DNA of 64,000 nt, taken from contig JAWADY010000002.1 in the NCBI GenBank assembly GCA_038891615.1, positions 1-64,000 on the forward strand, given 5' to 3'. Positions within the stretch are counted from its first letter, which is position 1. Each line of letters begins with the position of its first letter. The notes under the pieces were generated by a model. It was given only the letters and a program-made list of their open reading frames with translations, did not search any database and was not told the origin of the DNA. This document shows, piece after piece, positions 47,668 to 57,699 of this stretch. This DNA is from Candidatus Woesearchaeota archaeon. Its GTDB lineage: Archaea; Nanobdellota; Nanobdellia; Woesearchaeales; ARS49. The position numbers and the translations under genes are program-made.

Positions 47668-49115
47668 CTCATTCGCCTTATAACATTTATTGTTCTTGCA
47701 TGCTCAATTTCATACTCGTACTTCGCAATGGTCCAAAAGGAATGTGTTGTTAGGGGTGTTTGGAGGATGGTTCTTGGTTCGAGTTCAAACAGTGCAAGAT
47801 ATGGAGTCTTCTCAACCGGATTATCGACGACAAATACATTGTTCTTCAAGTCGTCACAGAATGTAGTTTCTGCCACGGCACAACTTCCCTTGTACCAGTC
47901 AGAGGAAGGATTTAGGTTGAAGCCTTTTGGGGTTATCAGCACGAGCTTTTTACCCTTCTTTATTTTTCCAGTCCAACCAAGCGAGCTTTTCAGCATAATG
48001 CTCAGTGAAAACTCGTTCTTCCCTTCAAAATCTATAGGAATTGGAGAGCTAATTAGTGAATATTCAATAGAAACAGGGGCTGAGGTGGCTTTTTTTTCAT
48101 AACTCTTGTTTGATTTTGGAGGCTGTGCAATCAATCTTTCTTTATCTATGAAGTCTGCTTTTTGATACGCCATTGTAACAAATTCAAAATCAGCTGTAAA
48201 TCTAATTGTTTTTGTTTCTTGACTGATATCCGGAGAAAGGTCAAAGCCGTTTTCAATCCTGCAGAACACAGGCACATCTTCAGCGCCGCTTAAAGTTTTT
48301 GAGGATGGGATTACCCTTACTCTTTCCGGCGCAACTCCTGGCGCGCTGCAGTTAAGTGACAACTGAAGCTGATAGTCCAGTGTTGAAGCTCGTAATCTTG
48401 ATTCGATAGTAACCGTCTCGCCGGCTTGCCAATCCTCTTTTGGAAGAGGAACCGGTGAGAAATAAACACCTATTCTTTCTGCTGATTTTGTATCTACAAG
48501 CTCCTCATATGAACGAAAACCAATGATTGCTTCCTTTTGTTTTTCTGCTTGTGCCTTTGTCACATTGGTAAATCTTTGCAGACCGCCGATTGCGCCTTTG
48601 ATAACTTCTTTTAACTGAGTTCCTGGTTCAACCTTTATTACTTCTTGCACACCAGCTGCTTCAGCAGCACGCCTTGAAGCCTCGCGTATTTCAGCTGCGT
48701 ATGTCAAGCTGAAAATTGTCAGCCAGAATATGACATATAATGTCCCAAAAACCCTTGCGGTGTTTCCAACAAACTCTGGTTTTGCGAACACAAGAAAGAT
48801 TGGCCATATCGGCGCAAATATCAGTATCAGTTGCGCAGCGTTGGCAGCTGCCGGAATGAATTTTACAAAAAATGTAGCAACATATGGCAATGCAAACGCG
48901 ATAACAGAAACAAGTAAGTATCCTCTCTTTTCATCCCAGCTCTTTGCCTGAAAAACGCTCCAAGCAAAAACAGTAATAAGAGAGTAGGAAACAAGCATAA
49001 GGATTGTTGTGAGAGGCGTGCTAACCCCACTCAGTCTTCCAAAAAAGAGGTCAACAATGTGAACAAGTAATGTGAGCCAGAAAAGCCCAGATGCTGGCGC
49101 GGTTGGGAGAGGCAT
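47664..49115 (-). CDS. Multi-TM membrane protein with C-terminal extracellular Ig-like domains
   Basis: About five N-terminal TM helices; FEF.T...APV...YEY motifs resembling family A. Confidence 0.7.
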   Translation of the reverse strand: MPLPTAPASGLFWLTLLVHIVDLFFGRLSGVSTPLTTILMLVSYSLITVFAWSVFQAKSWDEKRGYLLVSVIAFALPYVATFFVKFIPAAANAAQLILIFAPIWPIFLVFAKPEFVGNTARVFGTLYVIFWLTIFSLTYAAEIREASRRAAEAAGVQEVIKVEPGTQLKEVIKGAIGGLQRFTNVTKAQAEKQKEAIIGFRSYEELVDTKSAERIGVYFSPVPLPKEDWQAGETVTIESRLRASTLDYQLQLSLNCSAPGVAPERVRVIPSSKTLSGAEDVPVFCRIENGFDLSPDISQETKTIRFTADFEFVTMAYQKADFIDKERLIAQPPKSNKSYEKKATSAPVSIEYSLISSPIPIDFEGKNEFSLSIMLKSSLGWTGKIKKGKKLVLITPKGFNLNPSSDWYKGSCAVAETTFCDDLKNNVFVVDNPVEKTPYLALFELEPRTILQTPLTTHSFWTIAKYEYEIEHARTINVIRRMR

Positions 49116-49123
49116 TTTAAAAA

Positions 49124-50299
49124 TCACTCTGGCCAAATTTCTAGGCTTACTATGTTGAGTTCCGTCTGCGGCATGAGCTCAATATAGTTATTACCAACGA
49201 TAACATCATTCGTTATATCTTTGATGTAAGTTTGCTGTTGTTGGTCTATCTGTCTTAGCCTTCCATTGATGTTGAGAACAGCCAGCTTTAGCTTCCTGTC
49301 GTCAACAAATGTTATGTTGAGCCATACCTTTTTTGTTCCAGCCCTTATATCGCTCATATTTGCCTCATTAATAAAGAAATAGTTTATGAAAGACTTTGGC
49401 TTCTTAAGAATATTCTTTATCTTTATCTGCTCAATGATGTAGCTTCCTTTTGTTATTCTGAATATTAGAGTGTTTCTTCCTTCAACAAAGTCCTCTTTTG
49501 CCAATTCAATTTTATTGAGGCTACCGCAATCAGGGATTGAAGAATAAATGCTTTTTTCGTTAACGAAAACATCGAGCACGCCGACAGCTGATTGTTCACA
49601 CAATGGGCTGAAAGTCAGGCTTGAGCTTTTTAAGCTGTTTATCTCTTCAGCACTTAGCACAAATGTATTTGTTGCCTGCTGCCTTGACCATTCAACAAGG
49701 TCTCCGATAACCTTAAGGCCTGTTATTTCATACTCGTTTATCTTCCAGAATGCAAGCCCAGGAGAACTCAGCTCGAACTCAAGCAGGTTCTCTTTCTGCA
49801 ATAACTCGCGCTTCAACTGAATTGGTGGAACGCTTGAGGTAACTGGCCTACCTTCAAAAACAGTTCTTCCATTTAGCTTTATTGTTAGTATTCCTTTCCG
49901 CACACTTGCAGAGAAGCTCAATTGGACATTAAAGGTATCCTCTGGCTTTTCAATTGTGAATGGAATCCGCTCAAAGTCCCTCACAAACCAGCCCCTTCTC
50001 ACAACAAAAGGGTTTGCTTCTCCAAGAACGAGTGCATTTTTGGTTTCTGAAATCTGCAAGTTTGGTATTGCATGTTCTATAGTTCCTTCCTCAACAAAAC
50101 TTAGGAGCCCAGGATATGCCTGAAGGAAGAAGCCCTTTTGGCCAGCCACAGCTTCCGGCACCCTTGTCACATTTTCTGCAAGCAACTCGCGCCTTGTCTC
50201 GGGCGGTAAGAAGACCAAATAAAATATGAGCAACAAAAGGATTAACCCAATAAGGCTTGATGCACCAGTGGCTGCCTGGCCCAAAGACCTCTTTTGCAT
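49124..50299 (-). CDS. Surface protein with class III (pilin-like) signal
   Basis: KRSLG|QA followed by hydrophobic LIGLILLLLIFYLVFLPP; repeated beta-sandwich segments. Confidence 0.7.
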   Translation of the reverse strand: MQKRSLGQAATGASSLIGLILLLLIFYLVFLPPETRRELLAENVTRVPEAVAGQKGFFLQAYPGLLSFVEEGTIEHAIPNLQISETKNALVLGEANPFVVRRGWFVRDFERIPFTIEKPEDTFNVQLSFSASVRKGILTIKLNGRTVFEGRPVTSSVPPIQLKRELLQKENLLEFELSSPGLAFWKINEYEITGLKVIGDLVEWSRQQATNTFVLSAEEINSLKSSSLTFSPLCEQSAVGVLDVFVNEKSIYSSIPDCGSLNKIELAKEDFVEGRNTLIFRITKGSYIIEQIKIKNILKKPKSFINYFFINEANMSDIRAGTKKVWLNITFVDDRKLKLAVLNINGRLRQIDQQQQTYIKDITNDVIVGNNYIELMPQTELNIVSLEIWPE

Positions 50300-50354
50300 T
50301 TTCTTTTTAGCAAAGAGAAAGTATATATAAAGGTTTCCCAGCCTATCGAATAAA

Positions 50355-51416
50355 ATGAAAATCCTAAAACAAGATCTTAAACACGGCGAGATTACTGTAA
50401 GGGTTGAAACAGCCGATGATCTTTGGCTTCTTGGCCAGATTGTTTATGTTGGAGATGTTGTTAGAGGAAAGACTGTGCGTAAGATAAAATTTGGTGATAC
50501 AGAGACAAAAGTAGTGTCAGAAAAAAAGGTCGTCTTTTTGGCATTGTCTGCTGAAAAGGTGGAATGGAATCCTGAGACAGGCTTAAGGGTTTCAGGAAGG
50601 GTTCTTGAAGGTCCTCAGGATGTTCCAAAGGGAAGCTGGCACACCTTTGATGTGTCTGAAGGAGATACCTTGACAATAACAAAGCCAAGCTGGCCAAGGT
50701 TTCATCTTGAAAGGTTGCGTGAGGCCGTTGAACTTGAGCCAAAAGTTCTTCTTTGCTTGATGGATAGGGAAGAAGCTCTTTTTGCACTTCTAAAAAAGCG
50801 TGGCTATGAGCTTCTTGGAAGAATAAAGGGAATTGTAGCAAAAAAGGCAGCAGAGGTGAGGGCAAAGGACTTTTATAAAGACATAATTTCTGAACTAAGG
50901 CGATACGATGCGAGATTCAAGCTTAGCAGCATAATTGTTGCAAGCCCGGCCTTTTGGGCAGAAGAACTGCTAAAGGTTCTTGGCGCAGACCCTCTTACTG
51001 ATAAGATTCGTACAACTTCTTGCAGTTCTGTCGATGAAAGCGCCATTGTAGAGGTGGTTGGCAAGCCTGAAATACAGGAGGTGTTAAAGCGACAGAAGTT
51101 TGCACGCGAGCTTAGAATTGTGGAACGCTTTATTGGAGAGCTTTCAAAAGGCGGTAAAGTTTGTTACGGCCTTGATGAAACTTCCGCTGCTATCGAGGCT
51201 GGCGCGGTGGATACCCTTCTTATTACAACTGCAAAAATTGCAGATGCGAAGGCACAAGGAAGCGAGGCATTTGAGCAGCTAGACAAACTGATGAAGCAGG
51301 TCGAAGCAGCAAAAGGTTCTGTTGTTGTAATTTCATCTGAGCATTCTGGTGGACAACGCATTGATGGTCTCGGGGGAATTGCAGCACTTCTTAGATATAA
51401 GCTTCAGGAAGCGTAA
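50355..51416 (+). CDS. pelA: Pelota (Dom34) mRNA surveillance/ribosome rescue factor
   Basis: DDLWLL, GD.V.G.T.RK, LRVSG, WHTF, CYG, GAVDTLL, LGGIAALLRY. Confidence 0.94.
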   Translation: MKILKQDLKHGEITVRVETADDLWLLGQIVYVGDVVRGKTVRKIKFGDTETKVVSEKKVVFLALSAEKVEWNPETGLRVSGRVLEGPQDVPKGSWHTFDVSEGDTLTITKPSWPRFHLERLREAVELEPKVLLCLMDREEALFALLKKRGYELLGRIKGIVAKKAAEVRAKDFYKDIISELRRYDARFKLSSIIVASPAFWAEELLKVLGADPLTDKIRTTSCSSVDESAIVEVVGKPEIQEVLKRQKFARELRIVERFIGELSKGGKVCYGLDETSAAIEAGAVDTLLITTAKIADAKAQGSEAFEQLDKLMKQVEAAKGSVVVISSEHSGGQRIDGLGGIAALLRYKLQEA

Positions 51417-51487
51417 ATGCGCCCAAACTCTATTTTTAAGGATATAAATCTTTAAATATCAAAGTTTATCGCTACTTCTGAGTGCTA

Positions 51488-51561
51488 TCCCCAGTGGTAC
51501 TAACCTGTTGGGACAAAACCGCAACATTTATATTATGACCAACATTTAGTCCCAAAGGGTA
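51488..51561 (+). promoter_or_regulatory. Promoter of TrmB paralog 2 with three TCCC-N4-GGT candidate operators
   Basis: TCCCCAGTGGTA (51488), ACCTGTTGGGA (inverse, 51503-51513) and TCCCAAAGGGTA (51550) around TATA TTTATATT (51527). Confidence 0.4.
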
Positions 51562-51589
51562 GAAACCAAAAAAAAGGGGGAGGATTTGA

Positions 51590-52399
51590 ATGATTGTAAG
51601 TGAGGAGTTTCTAGCAAAGCTGAGGCGTTTTTTTTCTCTGAACCTTTATGAAGTAAAGATATGGACAGCACTTCTTTCACGTGGTGTTTCAACAGCCGGA
51701 GAGCTTTCTGACATTGCCAATGTTCCTAGGAGCAGAAGTTATGATGTTCTTGAAAGCCTCGAAAAAAAGGGCTTTATCATAATGAAGCTTGGTAAGCCGA
51801 TAAAGTATATTGCTGTTCCTCCATCGGAGGTCATCGAAAGGGTAAAGAAGTATATGTCTCAGGAAGCTGAGCAAAAGTTAAAGCGCCTTGAAGCTCTCAA
51901 GAATTCTGACATTCTTACAGAGCTGAGCATACTTCATAGGCAAGGCATTGATGTGATTGATCCAACAGAACTTTCTGGTTGTGTCAGGGGAAGGCACAAT
52001 CTTTACAGTCATCTTGAAATGGCACTAAAGAATGCAGAGCACTCCGTTACCCTTGTGACAACATCAGAAGGTCTCTTGAGAAAGGTAGAAGGACTCAAGC
52101 CTATTTTTGAAAAACTAAAGAAACGAGGGGTGCGCATAAGGATAGCAGCGCCGCTAGGGAAGGAAAACAAGGGCATACTGAAAGAGATTTCATCCTTTGC
52201 CGAGATCAGACATTTTGACACAAGGTCGCGCTTTTGCATAGTGGATGGCAAAGAGCTAATATTCATGCTTGTCGATGACAAAGAAGTTCATCCAACCTAC
52301 GATGTGGCTATATGGGTGACAACGCCTTTTTTTGCAAGTGCCCTGGAGAACATGTTCGACACCGTCTGGAAGAGTATGAAGGCTCCTTCTTTCAAGTGA
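51590..52399 (+). CDS. TrmB-family transcriptional regulator (paralog 2)
   Basis: LNLYEVKIW, VPRSRSYDVLESLEKKG, RFCIVDG. Confidence 0.9.
   Translation: MIVSEEFLAKLRRFFSLNLYEVKIWTALLSRGVSTAGELSDIANVPRSRSYDVLESLEKKGFIIMKLGKPIKYIAVPPSEVIERVKKYMSQEAEQKLKRLEALKNSDILTELSILHRQGIDVIDPTELSGCVRGRHNLYSHLEMALKNAEHSVTLVTTSEGLLRKVEGLKPIFEKLKKRGVRIRIAAPLGKENKGILKEISSFAEIRHFDTRSRFCIVDGKELIFMLVDDKEVHPTYDVAIWVTTPFFASALENMFDTVWKSMKAPSFK
51698..51834 (+). repeat. 137-bp near-identical repeat, copy 2 (copy 1 at 26679-26815)
   Basis: Manual alignment, 2 mismatches. Confidence 0.9.
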
Positions 52400-52424
52400 G
52401 CCTGATAACAGAGGCGGTTTCTCT

Positions 52425-53960
52425 ATGGCAATAGCCCAGAGGGCAAAAAGGATTGCTGCAACGCTAAGTCCGCTCGAAAGGAAGATTCTTCCATTACTAC
52501 CTACACACGCAACCTTGCCAGAACTTGTCAAAGCTTCAGCTCTAACACCACCACAAGTCACAAGAGCACTGCACTGGCTTGTTAGTAAAAAGTTGGTCCA
52601 GCTTGTAGGTCAGCCAGTTGAGTTTATTGAGCTTGACACAAATGGCAAGGCTTATCTTGTCAAGGGCTTGCCTGAACGCAGATTTCTTAACGCGCTGAAG
52701 GAGCGCGAGCTGCCTGTTTCAAAAATCAGCGAGCGTGCTGGTCTGACAAAAGAGGAGGTTCATGTCTGCATAGGCTTGCTAAGGGCTCGCGGCGCAATTC
52801 TGCTGTTGAAGGATAAAGAGTTAAAACTAAAAATAACCGATATTGGAAAGAAAGCCCTTCAACAAAGCTGGCCAGAAGAGAACTTTCTAAAGAAAAACTT
52901 TCCACTCCCTCTTTCAAGCCTGACTGAGGAAGAGAGGTATGTTTATGAGAGCCTTAAGTCGAGGAAAAAAATTCTCAAGGTTTATACCTCAAAACAAAAG
53001 TTTGCAGCTCTTACAGAACTTGGCAAAAAGCTTGTTGAGGAGGGAATTATCGAGGAAAATGTTATTGAGCGGCTGACCCCTGCAATTTTGAAATCCGGCG
53101 AATGGATGGAAAAGAAATTCAGGGAATATGACATCCATGGTCCTGTTCCACGCTTTTTTGGTGCCAGACCGCACCATTACAGAGCATTTCTTGATTCTGT
53201 CCGCATTAAGTTTCTCTCGCTTGGATTTGAAGAAATGACTGGACCAATTGTTGAAAGCGAGTTTTGGAACATGGATGCGTTGTTCATGCCTCAGTTTCAT
53301 TCTGCCAGGGAAATCCATGATGTCTATGTTGTCAAGGAGCCCTCGAGCTGCGAGCTTGACCCAACAATCCTCAAGAGAGTAAAAGCTGCTCATGAATCAG
53401 GCGGTGACACGGGCTCAACTGGCTGGCGATATGCTTTTGACATCGCAAAAAGTCAAAAAGCAATCCTAAGGTCGCAAGGCACTGCCTGCTCTGCACGTAT
53501 GCTTGCTTCAAAAGATTTAAAGATTCCAGGCAAATATTTTGGCATAACCCGTTGCTTTAGAAAGGATGTCATCGATGCTTGGCACAATGTTGATTTTTAC
53601 CAAACAGAAGGAATTGTTATTGAGGAAGGGTTGAACTTTCGTCACCTCATTTGGCTTCTTGAGATGTTTGCGCGCGAATTTGCAGAAGCACGTGAAATAA
53701 AGATTGTACCTGGATACTTTCCATTTACAGAGCCAAGTTGTGAGCTTTTTGCAAAACATCCTCAAATGGGCTGGATAGAGCTGGGGGGTGCAGGAATTCT
53801 TAGGCCAGAGGTTGTAAAGCCTCTGGTTGGAAGGGAGATTTCTGTTCTTGCTTGGGGACTAGGGCTTGACAGAATAGCAATGTTCAAGCTTGGAATAAAC
53901 GACATACGACAGCTTTTCAGCAACAGCCTAGCATTTATCAGAACAGCAAAGGTGATCTGA
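52425..53960 (+). CDS. pheS: Phenylalanyl-tRNA synthetase alpha subunit
   Basis: GLPE, FWNMDALF.PQ.H.ARE.HD, FRKD..DA.H, YFPFTEPS, WIELGGAG..RPE, AWGLGLDR. Confidence 0.96.
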   Translation: MAIAQRAKRIAATLSPLERKILPLLPTHATLPELVKASALTPPQVTRALHWLVSKKLVQLVGQPVEFIELDTNGKAYLVKGLPERRFLNALKERELPVSKISERAGLTKEEVHVCIGLLRARGAILLLKDKELKLKITDIGKKALQQSWPEENFLKKNFPLPLSSLTEEERYVYESLKSRKKILKVYTSKQKFAALTELGKKLVEEGIIEENVIERLTPAILKSGEWMEKKFREYDIHGPVPRFFGARPHHYRAFLDSVRIKFLSLGFEEMTGPIVESEFWNMDALFMPQFHSAREIHDVYVVKEPSSCELDPTILKRVKAAHESGGDTGSTGWRYAFDIAKSQKAILRSQGTACSARMLASKDLKIPGKYFGITRCFRKDVIDAWHNVDFYQTEGIVIEEGLNFRHLIWLLEMFAREFAEAREIKIVPGYFPFTEPSCELFAKHPQMGWIELGGAGILRPEVVKPLVGREISVLAWGLGLDRIAMFKLGINDIRQLFSNSLAFIRTAKVI

Positions 53961-55606
53961 TGCCAACAATAAAATTTTCAATGACAGACCTGTCAGGGCT
54001 TGTTGGTAAAAAGCTTTCAGAAGAAGCCCTTGCCAAGCTTCTCGAGTCTGTCAAAGGCGAACTTGAGGGAATCTCAGGAGATGAGGTTACAGTAAAGCTC
54101 AATGACACAAACCTTCCATACCTTTGGTCTGTCGAAGGACTCGCGAGAGCCTTTAGGGGCTTGCTTGGGCTATCAAAAGGACTTCAAAGACTTAAGGTAA
54201 CAAAAACAAGGCTAAAGCTTATTGTAGAGAGTTCGGTTAAGCATGTCAGGGGACACATTTCTGCGTTTGTCGCAAAGGGAAAAAAAATAGACCAGTACCT
54301 TCTTGGTCAGCTTATTCAGTTTCAAGAAAAGCTATCAGAAGTGTTTGGAAGAAAGAGGCAAAAGCTCGCGATTGGGCTATACCCTTGCAAAAAGATTCTT
54401 TTTCCAATTCGTTACAAAGCCGTTGCACCAAATACGGTAAAATTTGTTCCACTTGGCATGAGGGCAGAGCTTTCACTTTCAGAGATACTTCAAAAGCATT
54501 CAAAAGGTCGAGAGTATGGTTGGATACTTGAAGGCCAGAAAAAAGTGCCAATCCTCGTTGACAGCAAACGCGATGTCCTGTCTTTTCCACCCATAATAAA
54601 TTCAGAGCTTACAGGAAGGCTTGGACCAGGAGATAGTGAGCTATTTTTTGAAGCAACGGGAACAGACGCTGCAACTGTGAGTTGTGCTGCAAACATTTTT
54701 GCTCACGCACTAGCAGATAGAGGATTCTCGATAGAAGCTGTTACAGTGATGTCTGGTGGAAAAACATTCCAAAGCCCTGATGATAAGACAGCAAGAATAA
54801 AATTTGACTCCGCCCTTCTCACATCAATCCTTGGCACAAGTTTTTCAGAAGCAGAGCTTAAGCCTCTTTTTGCTCGCGCGCAGCTTGGCTACTCTTCTGG
54901 AATTGTTGAAGTCCCTTCTTACAGGCAAGATGTGATGCATCCAGTTGACATCGTTGAGGATATTGCAATTGTTTATGGTTATGAAAAGTTCAAGCCCATT
55001 CAGTTAAAGAGCTACACAATCGGTAAGCCTTTGCCAATTTTACACATCATTGACAAGTTCAGAACTTTGGCGCTCGGCGCTGGTTATCAAGAGGTCTTCT
55101 CACCAATCCTTACAAGCAAGGAAGTTCTTTTGGACAAAATGGAGTTAAAGTTAAGTGATGTTATTGAGATATCAAACCCTGCCTCACACACATATTCCAC
55201 AGTCCGAAGCTGGCTCCTTCCATCTCTAATCGAATTTCTTTCTAAAAACAAGAATGTGGAATATCCTCAAAAGGTTTTTGAACAGGGCACTGTTGTGCGT
55301 CTTGTTGGGGGCAAGGCAATTGAGAGCGAAAGCTTTGCCCTTGCATCCTGCCATTCAGAAGCAGACTTCACAGAAATAAAACAAATCCTCGAGTGGATGA
55401 TGAGGCTCACAGGGCTTGTTTACAGGCTCGAGGAATCAAACCATCCTTCTTTCATTCAAGGAAGGCAGGCAAAGCTTTTGGTTAATGGAACAGAGGTTGG
55501 CTTTTTTGGCGAGCTTCATCCTGCTGTTCTCTCAAATTGGGGGCTCGAGCTGCCAGTTGCAGCAGCAGAGCTTTCGCTCACTGCAATAAGAAATCTTTCA
55601 AAGTAG
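53960..55606 (+). CDS. pheT: Phenylalanyl-tRNA synthetase beta subunit
   Basis: MPTI, SVEGLAR, QEKL, SFPPIINS, PSYRQD..DIVEDIAIVYGY, GELHP. Confidence 0.95.
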   Translation: MPTIKFSMTDLSGLVGKKLSEEALAKLLESVKGELEGISGDEVTVKLNDTNLPYLWSVEGLARAFRGLLGLSKGLQRLKVTKTRLKLIVESSVKHVRGHISAFVAKGKKIDQYLLGQLIQFQEKLSEVFGRKRQKLAIGLYPCKKILFPIRYKAVAPNTVKFVPLGMRAELSLSEILQKHSKGREYGWILEGQKKVPILVDSKRDVLSFPPIINSELTGRLGPGDSELFFEATGTDAATVSCAANIFAHALADRGFSIEAVTVMSGGKTFQSPDDKTARIKFDSALLTSILGTSFSEAELKPLFARAQLGYSSGIVEVPSYRQDVMHPVDIVEDIAIVYGYEKFKPIQLKSYTIGKPLPILHIIDKFRTLALGAGYQEVFSPILTSKEVLLDKMELKLSDVIEISNPASHTYSTVRSWLLPSLIEFLSKNKNVEYPQKVFEQGTVVRLVGGKAIESESFALASCHSEADFTEIKQILEWMMRLTGLVYRLEESNHPSFIQGRQAKLLVNGTEVGFFGELHPAVLSNWGLELPVAAAELSLTAIRNLSK

Positions 55607-55613
55607 AAGCGGC

Positions 55614-55847
55614 TCAATCAATTGTCATACCTGCTGCCTTAAGTGCAGCAACAACCTCTTCATGACTTGCCCCTTTTTTTATGTCTATTTTTTTATCAAG
55701 TGGCTCCAGATGTGCAATGTTGCATTTCCTTCTTCTTGTAGCACCATCTATCAAAACCATTCGTTCGTTAATCACATCAACTACTGCACATGCTTTGCCA
55801 GCATCCCTTCCAGCAATTTTTACACAAATCCTTCCAATTTCAAACAT
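55614..55847 (-). CDS. rpl14e: 50S ribosomal protein eL14
   Basis: EIGRICVKIAGRDAGK...RRRKCNIAHLEP. Confidence 0.95.
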   Translation of the reverse strand: MFEIGRICVKIAGRDAGKACAVVDVINERMVLIDGATRRRKCNIAHLEPLDKKIDIKKGASHEEVVAALKAAGMTID

Positions 55848-56109
55848 TTTGCTTCACTAGCTTAATAATTCTCTGCCTTGAGCAGCTAGGGCAAAGACCT
55901 GGAAAAGGTCTTTGAGGCCTTCTTGAACTTGGTGGTATCTTGTGCATTTCTACAGCTCTTGCTCTTGGAATTGAAAGCAATACAGCCCCACAATCCCCAC
56001 AATGCGCTTTGCCAGGCTTTCTTCTGGCATACCTAAGGACAGTCCTTCCTCCAGGGGTCTTCTTAAAAACCCTTCTAAAAGTCCTTGATTTATACCTTCC
56101 AGATACCAT
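55840..56109 (-). CDS. rpl34e: 50S ribosomal protein eL34
   Basis: KTPGG, CGDCG..L..IP, RRPQRPF..LC..C. Confidence 0.93.
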   Translation of the reverse strand: MVSGRYKSRTFRRVFKKTPGGRTVLRYARRKPGKAHCGDCGAVLLSIPRARAVEMHKIPPSSRRPQRPFPGLCPSCSRQRIIKLVKQNV

Positions 56110-56187
56110 TGCATTAAAGGTCAAGAATGCTTTTTTAAATCTTTTGCCGTAAGTTTTAAAAATCCTGAAAGCAAAATTTATACTAAA

Positions 56188-56478
56188 ATGACAGAAGCAC
56201 ACTCTGATATTGGAAAAGTAGCCATTGATGAGCTAGACGAAAAGCTAATCATGCTGCGAGATAAGCATCACGATGGAAGTTGGGAGCTGTTTGAAAAATT
56301 TTTAGAAGCAAATTGTACTTACATGCGTGAGTGGATTGCAAATTATTCACAGAAAAAAGATTGTGAATCAACCTTTGCAACTATCCAAGAGCTTCTAGCG
56401 ACTACAGAAAAATACCTTACTCGCATAAAAGTTCTTAAAACCTATGCACAAAAAAGTAATGGGCGGTACCGAGCATAG
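56188..56478 (+). CDS. Hypothetical protein
   Basis: 96-aa ORF with TTTAAA upstream; fills the intergenic gap. Confidence 0.5.
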   Translation: MTEAHSDIGKVAIDELDEKLIMLRDKHHDGSWELFEKFLEANCTYMREWIANYSQKKDCESTFATIQELLATTEKYLTRIKVLKTYAQKSNGRYRA

Positions 56479-56535
56479 CTTCTCCTTGAGAGCTTCTGAA
56501 AAGCTTTGAGCTCTTGGCTAAAAATTTTCTTGAAA

Positions 56536-57699
56536 ATGAAAGTATATCTTGATAATGCCGCAACAACTGTTGTAGCTCCTGAAGTGCTTGCTGCAATGAG
56601 GCAATGGTTCGTGAAGGATTATGGCAATCCAGCAACTCTTTATTCTTTTGGCGCTCGAGCATCAGCAGCTCTCGAAGCTGCTAGGGCAGAAATTGCAAAA
56701 CGCATTGGAGCGCAGCCACATGAGATTGTTTTTACCTCTGGTGGAACGGAGTCAAACAATCTTGCAATAAAAGGAATTGCCTACTCAAAAGGACGCGGCC
56801 ACATAGTAGCATCAGCAATTGAGCACGCCTCTGTGCTTAACTGTTGCCGCGAACTCACAAAGCAGGGGTTTAAGATTAGCTATCTTCCTGTCGACAAGGA
56901 TGGAATAGTAAAGCTCGAAGAGCTTGAGAATGTGTTGACAAAAGAAACAATCCTTGTCACTGTAATGCACGCAAACAACGAAATCGGAAGCATTCAGCCA
57001 ATTGAAGAAATCGGCCGAATTTGCTCAGAAAAGCAAATTCCATTCCACACAGATGCTGTTCAATCTTTTACAAAAGAACCGTTGGATGTTAAAAAAGCAA
57101 ATCTATCACTTGTTAGTCTTTCAGCTCATAAGATTCATGGCCCAAAAGGGGTTGGCGCACTTTTTGTTAAGTCGGGGCTAAAGCTAAAACCGCTTCTCCA
57201 AGGTGGAGAGCAGGAATTCGGCATCCGTCCTGGAACACAAAATGTTGCTGGTGCGGTTGGTTTTAGTACAGCAATCCGCCTTGTAAAGCCTTCGCATATT
57301 TCAAAGATGAGAGCTCTCAGGGATAGGCTGATCAAAAGAGTACTTAGCACTATTCCTGGAAGCAGTCTCAATGGCAGTGCCAAAAAAAGGCTTTGCAACA
57401 ATGCTAATTTCTCTTTTGATTTTATAGAAGGTGAAGCGCTTGTGCTTGAGCTTGATAAAATGGGAGTTTACGCATCAACAGGTAGTGCCTGCACAAGTCA
57501 CATGCCTGAGCCGAGCCATGTCCTTTTAGCCCTTGGCCTTCCAACTCATAAAGTTCATAGCAGCCTAAGGCTCACACTCAGTATGTACACAACAAAAAAA
57601 GAAATCGATTACACCATTGAGCAGTTAGCAAAAGCAGTTCAGACTTTAAGGCAGAGAAGCCCACCACGCCAGCTTGCAAGCACACACACAATGAAATGA
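56536..57699 (+). CDS. iscS: Cysteine desulfurase (IscS/NifS family)
   Basis: YLDNAATT, TSGGTESNN, EH.SV, HTDAVQ, SAHKIHGPKG, STGSACTS. Confidence 0.95.
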   Translation: MKVYLDNAATTVVAPEVLAAMRQWFVKDYGNPATLYSFGARASAALEAARAEIAKRIGAQPHEIVFTSGGTESNNLAIKGIAYSKGRGHIVASAIEHASVLNCCRELTKQGFKISYLPVDKDGIVKLEELENVLTKETILVTVMHANNEIGSIQPIEEIGRICSEKQIPFHTDAVQSFTKEPLDVKKANLSLVSLSAHKIHGPKGVGALFVKSGLKLKPLLQGGEQEFGIRPGTQNVAGAVGFSTAIRLVKPSHISKMRALRDRLIKRVLSTIPGSSLNGSAKKRLCNNANFSFDFIEGEALVLELDKMGVYASTGSACTSHMPEPSHVLLALGLPTHKVHSSLRLTLSMYTTKKEIDYTIEQLAKAVQTLRQRSPPRQLASTHTMK

